Assembly (NCBI GenBank): GCA_016187105.1 | Contig: JACPKK010000001.1 | Span: 1-52,130 of the forward strand | Length of the DNA: 52,130 bases | Source: Candidatus Curtissbacteria bacterium | GTDB taxonomy: Bacteria > Patescibacteriota > Microgenomatia > Curtissbacterales > GWA2-41-24 | Direction of reading: 5' to 3' | Shown: positions 7,730 to 16,584 of the stretch, piece by piece | How positions within the stretch are numbered: position 1 is the first letter of the stretch | Layout of the letters: each line of letters begins with the position of its first letter | The notes under the pieces: generated by a model | What the model saw: only the letters and a program-made list of their open reading frames with translations | What the model was told of the DNA's origin: nothing | Databases searched by the model: none | Program-made: the position numbers and the translations under genes

Positions 7730-10150
7730 TTAATTGAGTTGAGTTGTTTGAGGAGCGGCAACTGATTCTTTTTGTTTTCCGGATTTTGGTTCTTCGACTT
7801 TTTCTTTAGGAAGAGATTTGGTGAGGGCTACTTTGAGAACTTCGTCCATGTGTTCGGCTAAAATAAACTGGAGATCGCGCTTAACGTTTTTAGGGATGTC
7901 TTCCAGGTCTTTGGCGTTGTGCTTGGGAAGAATGACGGTCGTCAAGCCTGCCCGGTGAGCGGCCAAAACTTTTTCTTTAACGCCACCAATTTCCAGAACA
8001 CGGCCGCGCAACGTCACTTCCCCGGTCATACCAACTTCACGACGAACGGGGATTCTGGTAAGGGCCGAGACTAGGGCTGTTGTTATGGCAATACCGGCCG
8101 AGGGCCCTTCTTTAGGAACGGCGCCTTCCGGAACATGGATATGGATATCGCTTTTGGCAAAAAGGTTTTCGGCAATACCCAAGATTTTAGCCCGGGAGCG
8201 GATATATGAAAGGGCGGCTTGGGCCGATTCTTTCATGACATCGCCAAGCTGGCCGGTTAAAATAAGTTGGCCTTTGCCCGGCATAGGGGTGACTTCGACA
8301 AAAAGGATTTCGCCGCCGGCGGCTGTCACCGAAAGTCCGGTGGTCATGCCAATTTCGTCTTTCTCTTCGGCAATTGCTTTGGTGTATTTAGTCGGCCCTA
8401 AATAGGAGTGAAGCTGTTTGGAGCCGACGCTAATTTTGGTTTTGGCTTTTTGGGTTGCCAGTTTTTTAGCGATTTTCCTAAAAATTGACGCGGCTTCCCT
8501 TTCAAGTTCCCTGACCCCGGCTTCTCTGGTGTAATGAGAGACGATATCCTTTAAAGCACTATCGGAAATTTCAGCTTTTTGGATGTTAAGACCGTGGGCT
8601 TCAAGCTGTTTGGGGATTAAAAAGCGTTTGGCAATATGGAATTTTTCGTCCTCGGTGTAGCCCGGAAAGCTGATAACTTCCAAGCGGTCGCGAAGAGCCG
8701 GCGGAATGGTATCCAGAATATTGGCAGTGGCAATAAAGAGTACGTCGGAAAGGTCGTAAGCGACTTCCAAGTAATGGTCGGAAAAAGAATTATTTTGCTC
8801 CGGGTCGAGGGCTTCTAAGAGGGCGGATGAAGGGTCACCGCGAAAATCAGTGCCGATTTTATCGATTTCATCAAGCATGAAAACCGGATTTTTGGTGCCG
8901 GCGTTTTTAACGCCCTGAATAATCCTGCCCGGCATGGCGCCAACATAAGTTCGGCGGTGGCCGCGGATTTCGGCCTCATCGTGGATACCGCCCAAAGAAA
9001 CTCTAATGAATTTGCGGCCAAGGGCGCGGGCGATGGATTTGCCGATAGATGTTTTGCCGACGCCGGGCGGGCCGACAAAACAAAGAATCGGGCCTTTGAT
9101 TTTGCCAACCAATTTGTGGACGGCCAGATATTCCAAAATCCTTTCTTTAACTTTTGGCAAACCGTAGTGGTCCTCGTCTAAAATTTTGGCGGCCAAATCT
9201 ACGTCGACTGATTTTTTCTTGTCCTGGACGCGCCAAGGCAAATCGACCAGCCACTCCAGATAGGTGCGGATATAGGAGGATTCCGGGTTGTAAGAGGACA
9301 TTTTGGCAAGGCGGGAAAGTTCGCGGTCGGCCTTTGTCCTAACGTCTGTTGGCATTTGGGCTTCTTTAATTTTCTTCCTGAATTCAGTGACTTCCCGGCC
9401 GTCTTCATCTTCACCGAGTTCTTTTTCAATCGACCTCATCTTTTCGCGAAGGATGGCTTCTTTAGTAACACGGCCAACCCTTTCCTGGGTTTCAGTATCG
9501 ATTTTGGAAGAAATTTCCAAAATCCTGATTTCGCGGGTTAGGAGCTCGGAAAGCCGCTCAAGCCTGGCTTTGGTGTCGACCATTTCCAGGATTTGCTGCT
9601 TGTCTTGCGTTTTGAGGTCGATTGAGGCGGAAACGATGTTGACAAGCTGATTAGGGTCGTCAGTTGAAAAGATGTGAATCGAAGATTCGAGGGTTAAGGT
9701 TCCGCCAAGCTCGCCGAATTTTTTGATTTTGGTAAGGATATTTCTAAAAAGAGCTTCGGCTTCATCGGTTTTTTGGGTAAGCTCGGGAATTTCTTCGACT
9801 TTGACGGCAAGGTAGGGGTCAATTTGGGTAAATTCTTTAAGATATACACGGCTAATGCCTTCAACGGCCAGATTATATTCGTTATCAACTTTCCAAAGAC
9901 GGCGAATTAGCCCGACCGTCCCAACGGAGTAGATATCGCCCGGGGCCGGATTTTCGATTCTGGGATTTTTTTGGGCGACAAAAACGGCCAAGTGGTCACT
10001 CGCCCAAGCACTATCAAGGCCAAGTTTTACTTTTGGGCGGCCGACGGTGATTGGAACCATGGATGAGGGAAAGACGACGGTGTCGCGAAGCGGGACGATC
10101 GGCAGTTCGTTTTTAATTCTGGGTTTTTGCTGATCTAAGAATATAGCCAT
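7730..10150 (-). CDS. lon: ATP-dependent Lon protease (LonA)
   Basis: 806 aa with an N-terminal LON substrate domain. It has Walker A GPPGVGKTS, the catalytic Ser motif PKEGPSAGIA, and a downstream GGVKEK Lys. Confidence 0.95.
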   Translation of the reverse strand: MAIFLDQQKPRIKNELPIVPLRDTVVFPSSMVPITVGRPKVKLGLDSAWASDHLAVFVAQKNPRIENPAPGDIYSVGTVGLIRRLWKVDNEYNLAVEGISRVYLKEFTQIDPYLAVKVEEIPELTQKTDEAEALFRNILTKIKKFGELGGTLTLESSIHIFSTDDPNQLVNIVSASIDLKTQDKQQILEMVDTKARLERLSELLTREIRILEISSKIDTETQERVGRVTKEAILREKMRSIEKELGEDEDGREVTEFRKKIKEAQMPTDVRTKADRELSRLAKMSSYNPESSYIRTYLEWLVDLPWRVQDKKKSVDVDLAAKILDEDHYGLPKVKERILEYLAVHKLVGKIKGPILCFVGPPGVGKTSIGKSIARALGRKFIRVSLGGIHDEAEIRGHRRTYVGAMPGRIIQGVKNAGTKNPVFMLDEIDKIGTDFRGDPSSALLEALDPEQNNSFSDHYLEVAYDLSDVLFIATANILDTIPPALRDRLEVISFPGYTEDEKFHIAKRFLIPKQLEAHGLNIQKAEISDSALKDIVSHYTREAGVRELEREAASIFRKIAKKLATQKAKTKISVGSKQLHSYLGPTKYTKAIAEEKDEIGMTTGLSVTAAGGEILFVEVTPMPGKGQLILTGQLGDVMKESAQAALSYIRSRAKILGIAENLFAKSDIHIHVPEGAVPKEGPSAGIAITTALVSALTRIPVRREVGMTGEVTLRGRVLEIGGVKEKVLAAHRAGLTTVILPKHNAKDLEDIPKNVKRDLQFILAEHMDEVLKVALTKSLPKEKVEEPKSGKQKESVAAPQTTQLN

Positions 10151-10156
10151 GTCACT

Positions 10157-10187
10157 TTAAGGAGACAACCTGCGGTTTTCTCCTTAA
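10157..10187 (-). promoter_or_regulatory. 9-bp hairpin TTAAGGAGA-N13-TCTCCTTAA in the lon 5' leader, ending 6 nt before the ATG
   Basis: Perfect inverted repeat. It holds the only SD-like sequence near the lon start. Confidence 0.45.
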
Positions 10188-10292
10188 TATTCCTCTTTCC
10201 CTAAGTTGAAAAATTTGAACTGGCAAATCCAGATTCAAATTTAATTTTATTAATAGTACCCTTATATTATAACCTAACGTTACTAATATGGG

Positions 10293-10320
10293 TTAGCAGA
10301 GAGCATACCATGAGTGCTAA
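10293..10320 (-). promoter_or_regulatory. CIRCE-like element (TTAGCACTC-N10-CTCTGCTAA on the minus strand)
   Basis: The left half is a perfect match to the CIRCE half-site TTAGCACTC. The right half matches 6/9 and the spacer is 10 nt rather than 9. It overlaps the -10 of the lon promoter. Confidence 0.35.
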
Positions 10321-10330
10321 GTGGTGTCAA
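10302..10330 (-). promoter_or_regulatory. Putative sigma70 promoter of lon (TTGACA-N17-TATGCT)
   Basis: The minus strand reads TTGACAccacttagcactcatggTATGCT, about 150 nt upstream of the lon ATG. Confidence 0.5.
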
Positions 10331-10336
10331 GAGAGT

Positions 10337-10368
10337 TAAATTGCTAAATTGCTCGATTGTTAAATTGT
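10337..10368. repeat. Four tandem 8-mers (TAAATTGC TAAATTGC TCGATTGT TAAATTGT)
   Basis: Read directly from the sequence. This AT-rich tract lies just upstream of the lon -35 box. Confidence 0.7.
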
Positions 10369-10424
10369 TGATCGAAGAGATTGCTTCGTCACTTCGCTTT
10401 GCTCGCAATAAGAGAGCTTATTGC

Positions 10425-11255
10425 TCATTTCTCTCGCAATGACAGAAGGCGGATTCCGATTAGGATCAATAACAACGAGAGCAAATAAGCGACTTTGATG
10501 TCCCCTAATTTGGCCGTATCGATGCGCCAGATTTCGGCGACTCCCCGGCTGGCGCCGTAGAGAATGAGATAAAGGCCGAATACAGAACCCGGTTTATTGT
10601 TCGAGTTTACCCTGAACTTCCCTATTTTGAGGAAACTTCTCGACTCTCCGCCAGCTGGCGGATCGCTCGAAGAATAAAATCTCTTTGCCAATACAATCAG
10701 CAGGAAAAAGGCGATCAGTTCCAAAATCGCTTCGTAGAAAAATGTGGGATGGAAATGCGTCTGGAATAGATATTGGATTGGACGATGGGCGGGATCGATA
10801 TAAACTCCCCATGGCAGATTTGTCGGCGGGCCAAAGGCTTCCTGATTGACAAAGTTGCCGATTCTGCCGATTGCCTGACCGAGGATCAAAGACGGCGATA
10901 CAAGATCGAACAGGGATAAAAAATTGATTTTCTTAAACCTAGCAAAAATCCAAAAGCCAATAAAAACTCCGGCGAGGGCCCCGAAAATTCCCAGCCCCCC
11001 ATTTGTTATAGCTAAAATTTGATCGGGGCTTTGGGAGTAAAAACCCCATTTATCAATTACGTGATAAAGGCGGCCGCCGATAGTTCCAAGAATGAGTGGG
11101 GAAAGAAGTAGCGGATCATCAAATAAGGCGGGGCTGATTTTGTATAAAGGCGCCCGTCTTTTGGCGATGATCCAGCCCAGAAGAACGGCAATGGCGATTA
11201 CAAGGCCGTAGATATGGATGGTAAAGGGACCGAGGGGAAATGAATTAGGAATCAT
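10425..11255 (-). CDS. lgt: Prolipoprotein diacylglyceryl transferase, carrying an in-frame repeat insertion
   Basis: 276 aa. Typical Lgt pattern: IHIYGLVIAIAVLLGW..., GGRLYHV, GGLGIFGALAG, GQAIGRIGNFVNQEAFG, HPTFFYEA, YGASRG. There is an extra segment of about 25 aa, YSSSDPPAGGESRSFLKIGKFRVNSNNK. Confidence 0.85.
   Translation of the reverse strand: MIPNSFPLGPFTIHIYGLVIAIAVLLGWIIAKRRAPLYKISPALFDDPLLLSPLILGTIGGRLYHVIDKWGFYSQSPDQILAITNGGLGIFGALAGVFIGFWIFARFKKINFLSLFDLVSPSLILGQAIGRIGNFVNQEAFGPPTNLPWGVYIDPAHRPIQYLFQTHFHPTFFYEAILELIAFFLLIVLAKRFYSSSDPPAGGESRSFLKIGKFRVNSNNKPGSVFGLYLILYGASRGVAEIWRIDTAKLGDIKVAYLLSLLLILIGIRLLSLREK
10595..10677. repeat. Palindromic element (type B) inserted in frame in lgt
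   Basis: The hairpin CTTCTCGACTCTCCGCCAGCTGGCGGATCGCTCGAAGAA lies at 10636..10674, with ATTGTTCGAG at the other end. The same element and the same reading frame occur at 19152..19308. Confidence 0.75.
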
Positions 11256-11258
11256 TTA

Positions 11259-11909
11259 TTAAGTATTAAGAATATGACTTCTCGACTTCGCTCGAAGGAT
11301 AAAGGTGATGATAGCAATTACGGCTGACGAAATAAAAATATTGATGGCTAGGCGGTTTGCAAATTCCACGAAAAACTGCTCGGGGAAAAGTTTGATTAAA
11401 TTATCGTCGGCGGGAAAGAGCCAGAGGGTATTTGTAAATAAAATTTGATGGAATTTAAGGAAAAAGCTATCAAAAGCAGAAGATATTCCCAGCCCAAGCG
11501 CGGCAATGAAGAAAATGGTGGCGATCGATGAAACAAAGAGCGACCCGAGAATGATTTTTGACTGTCTTTTGAAAATCAGGGAAATGGCGATTACCAAGGC
11601 CGCAATGAGTGAGAGATAAAAAAGTCCATTTGCAAAAACCAGTAAATCGCGGACGTCTTTTAGGTGTGAAACAGCCTGCGTTGAGAAAAAATTGTGATCG
11701 AGTGTATTTTTTCCTCTAAAGTAGCCAAATAAATTATTGGTGGCGTCGTTTACAATTTTTTGATTTTCAAAATTCTGGTAGGTTCCAACTTTTCCATAAA
11801 GCGACTGGTAAAAACTGCGGTTTAAAATTAGATAGTTAAAATTTCCGAGAATAATTGAGGCTGGTATCAGCACAATAAGTAAATAGCCAAGGATTCTTGC
11901 GATGGTCAT
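11259..11909 (-). CDS. DUF1461/TIGR01906-like integral membrane protein (family of the lipoprotein intramolecular transacylase Lit, from memory)
   Basis: 216 aa with about 4 TM segments. It has SHLKDVRDL (H..DV motif) and [28 protein letters not shown], as I remember for DUF1461. It has an ATGA overlap with the copB stop and lies 3 nt upstream of lgt. Confidence 0.5.
   Translation of the reverse strand: MTIARILGYLLIVLIPASIILGNFNYLILNRSFYQSLYGKVGTYQNFENQKIVNDATNNLFGYFRGKNTLDHNFFSTQAVSHLKDVRDLLVFANGLFYLSLIAALVIAISLIFKRQSKIILGSLFVSSIATIFFIAALGLGISSAFDSFFLKFHQILFTNTLWLFPADDNLIKLFPEQFFVEFANRLAINIFISSAVIAIITFILRAKSRSHILNT
11278..11298. repeat. Minimal type-B repeat module encoding the C-terminal tail (RAKSRSH) of the DUF1461 protein
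   Basis: CTTCTCGACTTCGCTCGAAGG shares the 14-mer CTCGACTTCGCTCG with 33756..33769 in the gltX 5' end. Confidence 0.6.
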
Positions 11910-14113
11910 AATTTAACTTTGCGAAGAGCGAGGGCGTTTAAAACAACTATAACAGATGAGGCGCTCATGAGAAGTGCAGCCCATTCGGGCCTAAGTAGTA
12001 TTCCAAAAGAAAAAAGGGCTCCGGCGGCAACTGGAATTGCCAAAATATTATAACCGGCAGCCCAAGCGAGGTTCTGCTTCATTTTAGAATTCGTTTTTTT
12101 AGAAAGTCTAATTGCCTTGACTACATCTTTTGGGTTATCTTTCACAAGTACTATTTCGGCCGATTCGACAGCTACATCTGTTCCTGCACCGATTGCAATG
12201 CCTACGTGGGCTTGCGTTAAAGACGCCGCGTCGTTAACACCATCCCCAACCATAGCAACAATCTCTCCTTTGCCCTGAAGCTCTTTAACCTTACTGACCT
12301 TATCTTCCGGTAACACTTGGGCAAAAACGGTATCTATTCCCAGCCTTTTTGCGACTGAATCCGCTACGTCCTGGTTGTCTCCAGTTAACATCGCAGTTTT
12401 AATTTTCATATCCGCAAGCGCCGAAATTACCGCTTTAGATTCACTTCTTATAACATCTTCCAGGCTAATCATTCCTATCAGCTTTTTGGCTTTTGCTACC
12501 CAAATATAGGTATTTGCAGCATCTTGATTCTTGTTAATTTTGTCTTCAAGACTTCCCTTTTCAATACCAAATTGTTTTATTAACGCTTTATTGCCAATAA
12601 TTGTGCTCTCCCCATCAACAGCAGCGCTGGCCCCCTTACCGGGATAAGACTTGAAATTTTTGGCAGGGGAAAAAGTAATTTTTCTTTTTTTGGCTTCTTC
12701 AACTACCCCTTGGGCAATAGAATGCTGTGAATGAAATTCTACGGAAGCCGCAACCTTTAATATGTCATTTTCGGAGATATTATCGGCAGTAATGATTTTA
12801 CTAACCCCAAATTTTCCTTTGGTTAAAGTTCCGGTTTTGTCAAAAACCACGTACGTAAGTCTGCGGGCAATTTCGGCGGCTTTCATGTCCCTTATCAATA
12901 TTCCGTTTTTGGCAGCCAGTGATGTTGTAATAGTTGTAACTGTAGGAATTGCTAGACCCAACGCATGGGGGCAGGCAATAACAATAACCGTTATAGCCAG
13001 AGTACCCGCGAAAACTGCGGGTGCTGCACCTTGAGGAAAAATAAACATCCAAAAGAGAAAAGTTCCAGTGCCAACTATAATTGCCGTGTATGTAAGCCAG
13101 CTGGCGGCACGATCCGCAAGTTTCTGGACTGGCGGTTTTGACTCCTGGGCTTCCCTAATAAGTTCCATTATTTGTGAAATAGCAGTATCTTTTCCAGTCT
13201 TTTCCACTTCCAGCGTTAGTGACCCGTCATTGTTGACTGTTCCGCCAATCACCTCATCGCCTTTCTTTTTGGGGACTGGTTTGGACTCGCCGGTAACCAT
13301 GGACTCGTTGATAGAGCTTTCACCGTCAATTACTACGGAATCGATTGGTATTTTTTCTCCCGGGCGGACTAAAATTTTATTTCCACGAGTCAGCTCTTGC
13401 GTACCAACATCGACAATCTCCTTACCGCGAATTTGATGGGCTGTCGGGGGAATTAATTTGGCGAGTTGGGCCAAAGCGCCGCTTGCACCCCGCACGGCTC
13501 TCATCTCCATCCAATGGCCGAACAAAAATACTAAAACCAGTGTCGAAATTTCCCAATAAAGGCTTTCGCCTTCAAATAGGAATGTCGCGGCTACACTGAA
13601 GGCATATCCTGCAAGGACGGCAAGACTTACGAGTGTCATCATTGCGGGGTTACGGCCTTTGAGTTCTCCCCTGGCCATCTGGTAGAAGGGCAATCCGGCC
13701 CAAGAAACTATTACTGACGCAACGAAGAAGCTTATAATTCCCGAATAAGGGATATTAAGTGATAGCCCTAACCACCTTTGAATGTTTGGCGAGAGAATAA
13801 CGACCAGGGCGGTTAACGGGAGCGCGATAAAAAATCTTTTTTTGAAGCTTTCTTCCATACCCGCATGACTTGGGCCGTGTTCGTGCTTTTCCAGCTTCAT
13901 GCCGCATTCGGGACAATCTTGCGGCTTGTCTCTTGTTATCTGGGGGTGCATAGGGCAAGAGTAGATAGTGCCAGGCTGATTACGGCTTGTTATTTGTTTG
14001 GTACCTGATACCTGTGATTTAGTATCGATAACCAGGTCCATGCCGCATTTTGGGCATTTGCCGGGTTTATCGGATGTGACGTCCGGATGCATGGGACAAG
14101 TGTAGGCTGTCAT
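11906..14113 (-). CDS. copB: Copper-transporting P1B-type ATPase, CPH (CopB-like, P1B-3) subtype
   Basis: Motifs: TGES, CPH in TM6 ([13 protein letters not shown]), DKTGTLT, GDGVNDA. The N-terminus has two CPMHP...CP(K/E)CGM metal-binding motifs. The start was moved to ATG 14113 ([12 protein letters not shown]), which forms an ATGA overlap with the upstream ORF stop. The track start at 14200 is probably an over-extension. Confidence 0.9.
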   Translation of the reverse strand: MTAYTCPMHPDVTSDKPGKCPKCGMDLVIDTKSQVSGTKQITSRNQPGTIYSCPMHPQITRDKPQDCPECGMKLEKHEHGPSHAGMEESFKKRFFIALPLTALVVILSPNIQRWLGLSLNIPYSGIISFFVASVIVSWAGLPFYQMARGELKGRNPAMMTLVSLAVLAGYAFSVAATFLFEGESLYWEISTLVLVFLFGHWMEMRAVRGASGALAQLAKLIPPTAHQIRGKEIVDVGTQELTRGNKILVRPGEKIPIDSVVIDGESSINESMVTGESKPVPKKKGDEVIGGTVNNDGSLTLEVEKTGKDTAISQIMELIREAQESKPPVQKLADRAASWLTYTAIIVGTGTFLFWMFIFPQGAAPAVFAGTLAITVIVIACPHALGLAIPTVTTITTSLAAKNGILIRDMKAAEIARRLTYVVFDKTGTLTKGKFGVSKIITADNISENDILKVAASVEFHSQHSIAQGVVEEAKKRKITFSPAKNFKSYPGKGASAAVDGESTIIGNKALIKQFGIEKGSLEDKINKNQDAANTYIWVAKAKKLIGMISLEDVIRSESKAVISALADMKIKTAMLTGDNQDVADSVAKRLGIDTVFAQVLPEDKVSKVKELQGKGEIVAMVGDGVNDAASLTQAHVGIAIGAGTDVAVESAEIVLVKDNPKDVVKAIRLSKKTNSKMKQNLAWAAGYNILAIPVAAGALFSFGILLRPEWAALLMSASSVIVVLNALALRKVKL

Positions 14114-14607
14114 CGTTTGTTCCCTTTTACCAAGTACAAAATTGAGGCGGCAATGATAAGCAAGGAAATACTGATGGGAGCAATGACCGGACCGACCCAA
14201 GGTGTAGGAAGCAAGAAAAACGTGTCGAGATCCAGCAATGATTTGGGCCAGCCGATTGTGAGTTTTAGGAAAATATAATAGAAAATATCCCAGACCCCAA
14301 ACATCAGGAGGAAAAAGGCGATTTTTTGTTTTAAATTTTTAGCGGCAAGCGCGGCGACAGAAGCCAGCATAATAAGTGTGGCAGCTTCGCGTAATCTTTC
14401 GATGTTCAAAATAGCCGTATCGGTTATGATCTTGACAGCGAACCTTGGCTCTAAAAAAGCAATGCCAGGAATCAAAAATAGGATTTGATCTTGGCTGACA
14501 CTCGCTTGATTTAAAGCGAAAAGACGGCGCAGATAGATAACAACAGCTGCCTCAACAAAGGCAAAAGCAACGGCAAAGACAACTACTTTGATAATTGATT
14601 GTTTCAT
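14110..14607 (-). CDS. Integral membrane protein, unknown function (copper operon member)
   Basis: 165 aa with 4-5 hydrophobic helices. It is translationally coupled to copB. Confidence 0.6.
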   Translation of the reverse strand: MKQSIIKVVVFAVAFAFVEAAVVIYLRRLFALNQASVSQDQILFLIPGIAFLEPRFAVKIITDTAILNIERLREAATLIMLASVAALAAKNLKQKIAFFLLMFGVWDIFYYIFLKLTIGWPKSLLDLDTFFLLPTPWVGPVIAPISISLLIIAASILYLVKGNKR

Positions 14608-14622
14608 CTGGGCTACTCCATT

Positions 14623-15300
14623 TTACAGCAACGGCTGAATAAGCCAGAGGAGCAATGTCACGGACATGGCGATTGTGACCAAACCCATCACAAGCTTAAT
14701 TTTAGTGTGCGCTACTCCCTGAAATTTTTGAATTAGCTTGACCGTTTGCGGGCGGGTTGAAACTAAGAAAATAAGTGCCGTCGGCAAGATGAACATGAGG
14801 TTGTAAATTAATAGATAAAAAATGCCGTTTATAAATGTTTCCTTCGAGGAAAGCAGGGCAACGGTGCCAAGATAGATCGCTCCGGAACAGGGGAATTCAC
14901 AAAGACCAACAAAAAAGCCGAGGGCTAGCGCTGAAAGAACGGTGATTTTCCGATCCCATTTGGGGATGCGGCAAGCGCCAAAGAAAGGAGACAAGATCGG
15001 CACATAGAGCCTTGGTAAAAAATATTCTTTTAGGTAAAAAGCGCCAATCATAAAAAGGACAGCAGCAGCTACCCAGCCGAAAAAGTTATGGATGCCAAAG
15101 AGGTGAAAAACGTGAAGAATTCCAAGACCAATCAAGAAGTAGGTAATATACATTGACGCCAAATAAAAAATGCCGAAGTTTATGAGCTGGCGGCGGCTGC
15201 CTCCTAGGGTCAGGATGAGGGAAATATAAAGAAGTAAAACCCCGATGGCGCAGGGGTTGAACGAATCGATAAGTCCATTTAGCAAAACTAGGGGAAGCAT
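14623..15300 (-). CDS. CcdA/DsbD-family transmembrane thiol-disulfide (or metal) transfer protein
   Basis: 225 aa with 6 TM segments. It has paired Cys motifs: SFNPCAIGVLLLY and GLCEFPCSGAIY. Confidence 0.6.
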   Translation of the reverse strand: MLPLVLLNGLIDSFNPCAIGVLLLYISLILTLGGSRRQLINFGIFYLASMYITYFLIGLGILHVFHLFGIHNFFGWVAAAVLFMIGAFYLKEYFLPRLYVPILSPFFGACRIPKWDRKITVLSALALGFFVGLCEFPCSGAIYLGTVALLSSKETFINGIFYLLIYNLMFILPTALIFLVSTRPQTVKLIQKFQGVAHTKIKLVMGLVTIAMSVTLLLWLIQPLL

Positions 15301-15301
15301 A

Positions 15302-15799
15302 TTAATTGACTTCGGCTACAAGAGTCAGAACGATATCGGGCTTTTGGGGATCATTGGTTCTTATGTAAACACTCCTTTCGACTTTTCCCTTGACGGGCAT
15401 TCTGGCCGGTTCGTAGGAGGCTGTTACTTTTGCTTCTCGGCCGGGTTCAATTTGCCCCATCCAGTTCGGGTTCTGGTGCATGGAGAAACGCGGACTTATC
15501 TTATCGCCAATGGTGATTTGGGCAAAAGTACAATCACAGGAAGTGCTGATGTTGTTTATCTCTAAATTTTGATTACCCGTGTTTTTGAGAAAAAAATCAA
15601 GTGTTTTGATTTCCGAAACCTTCATTTGACCCAAGTCTGCAAAGCTGGCTGAAAGTTCGGCTTTAGGCCGATCGGGGCTTTCGGCGGAATAAGTCTTTGG
15701 CGTCTTATCAGCAGTTGTATAGGCAAAGACAATGCCGCCGACAATCACCAAAACTAAAAAAATGATAATTCCCAAGATAAATGGGTTGATTTTGCTCAT
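15302..15799 (-). CDS. DUF1573-like membrane-anchored protein
   Basis: 165 aa with an N-terminal TM segment. The pattern FLKNTGNQNLEINNISTSCDCTFAQI (..v.tSCgCT..) is typical of DUF1573. Confidence 0.6.
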   Translation of the reverse strand: MSKINPFILGIIIFLVLVIVGGIVFAYTTADKTPKTYSAESPDRPKAELSASFADLGQMKVSEIKTLDFFLKNTGNQNLEINNISTSCDCTFAQITIGDKISPRFSMHQNPNWMGQIEPGREAKVTASYEPARMPVKGKVERSVYIRTNDPQKPDIVLTLVAEVN

Positions 15800-15810
15800 T
15801 TAGGATTTTT

Positions 15811-16083
15811 TTATTTTTTGGCAAACCGGTTGTAAAGCCAAGCAAAAGCCCAGCCTGTCAACCACATTCCAATGACTGCCGTAATAAACCCTAGGAAGAA
15901 ATTTCCTCTGGGGCTTCCGGTCCAAATAAGACTAATGTCCATCCCATGAAACCAGCTCTGACCAACCGCTTTGGAAGCCTGCGGGAAAAGGGCAACTGCC
16001 AGAGAACAAACCACATAAACAACTGCGGTTATGGCGGCTGACGCATTAGCAAACCCAAGTTCGTTTAACTTCATTTTTGTCAC
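15811..16083 (-). CDS. Small membrane protein (2-3 TM), copper operon member
   Basis: 90 aa, preceded by a strong SD (AAAAGGAGGTGAcaaaaATG). Confidence 0.6.
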   Translation of the reverse strand: MTKMKLNELGFANASAAITAVVYVVCSLAVALFPQASKAVGQSWFHGMDISLIWTGSPRGNFFLGFITAVIGMWLTGWAFAWLYNRFAKK

Positions 16084-16102
16084 CTCCTTTTATGACTTTT
16101 CT

Positions 16103-16312
16103 TTATCCCCCTTTTTTCCATAGCCATCTCAAAAGGGCAACCAAAACGGCGATAACGAGAAACCAGGTGACAAGCCAAAGAACGCCATAAACCCAGAAAG
16201 GTTGAGTTGTCCCGAACATCATCGGGTGATTACCCCAGTACCTTAGGGAATCAATGTCTTTGCCGGAAGTTGCTTCGGTAAAACGCATCATGTTATTAAA
16301 CATTAATTTCAC
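16103..16312 (-). CDS. Small single-TM membrane protein
   Basis: 69 aa, preceded by the SD TAGGAGGTGAaattaATG. It overlaps the csoR stop by 4 nt. Confidence 0.55.
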   Translation of the reverse strand: MKLMFNNMMRFTEATSGKDIDSLRYWGNHPMMFGTTQPFWVYGVLWLVTWFLVIAVLVALLRWLWKKGG

Positions 16313-16575
16313 CTCCTAGCCTTAGAGAAAACCTCTATAATTTCATTAATCGATTTTTCTTTGTTTTTGCCATGCATGGCATGGGCTACGTGTTCTTCCA
16401 GATGGCCCTTGAGAATGGTACTGTCGACTGCGCGCAGGGCAGACTGCACCGCTAATGACTGCTGCAGGATATCGATGCAATATCTTCCGGCGGTGACCAT
16501 GCGAATTACGTGATCCAGATGGCCGCGGGCTGTGGTTAATCTTTTGAGGGCATCTTCCTTAACAGTATCTTGCAT
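16309..16575 (-). CDS. csoR: CsoR/RcnR-family metal-sensing transcriptional repressor
   Basis: 88 aa. LKRLTTARGHLDHVIRMVTAGRYCIDILQQSLAVQSALRAVDSTILKGHLEEHV is typical of DUF156. The ligand positions are C33, H58 and H62 (x-C-H-H). Confidence 0.8.
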   Translation of the reverse strand: MQDTVKEDALKRLTTARGHLDHVIRMVTAGRYCIDILQQSLAVQSALRAVDSTILKGHLEEHVAHAMHGKNKEKSINEIIEVFSKARR

Positions 16576-16584
16576 GACAATACT

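Noticed and set aside
8085-9650. Multiple 60-115-aa ORFs on both strands inside lon, and similar ones inside hppA, copB, nrdJ and others
   Set aside because: They are embedded in long, strongly homologous genes. They are typical shadow ORFs with biased composition.
14114-14200. N-terminal extension of copB ([12 protein letters not shown]...)
   Set aside because: The ATG at 14113 gives the ATGA overlap with the upstream stop and begins directly at the first metal-binding motif. The same reasoning trims the antitoxin (20936..21049), MTHFS (28048..28143), ORF 26445..26495 and the adenosyltransferase (18982..19005).
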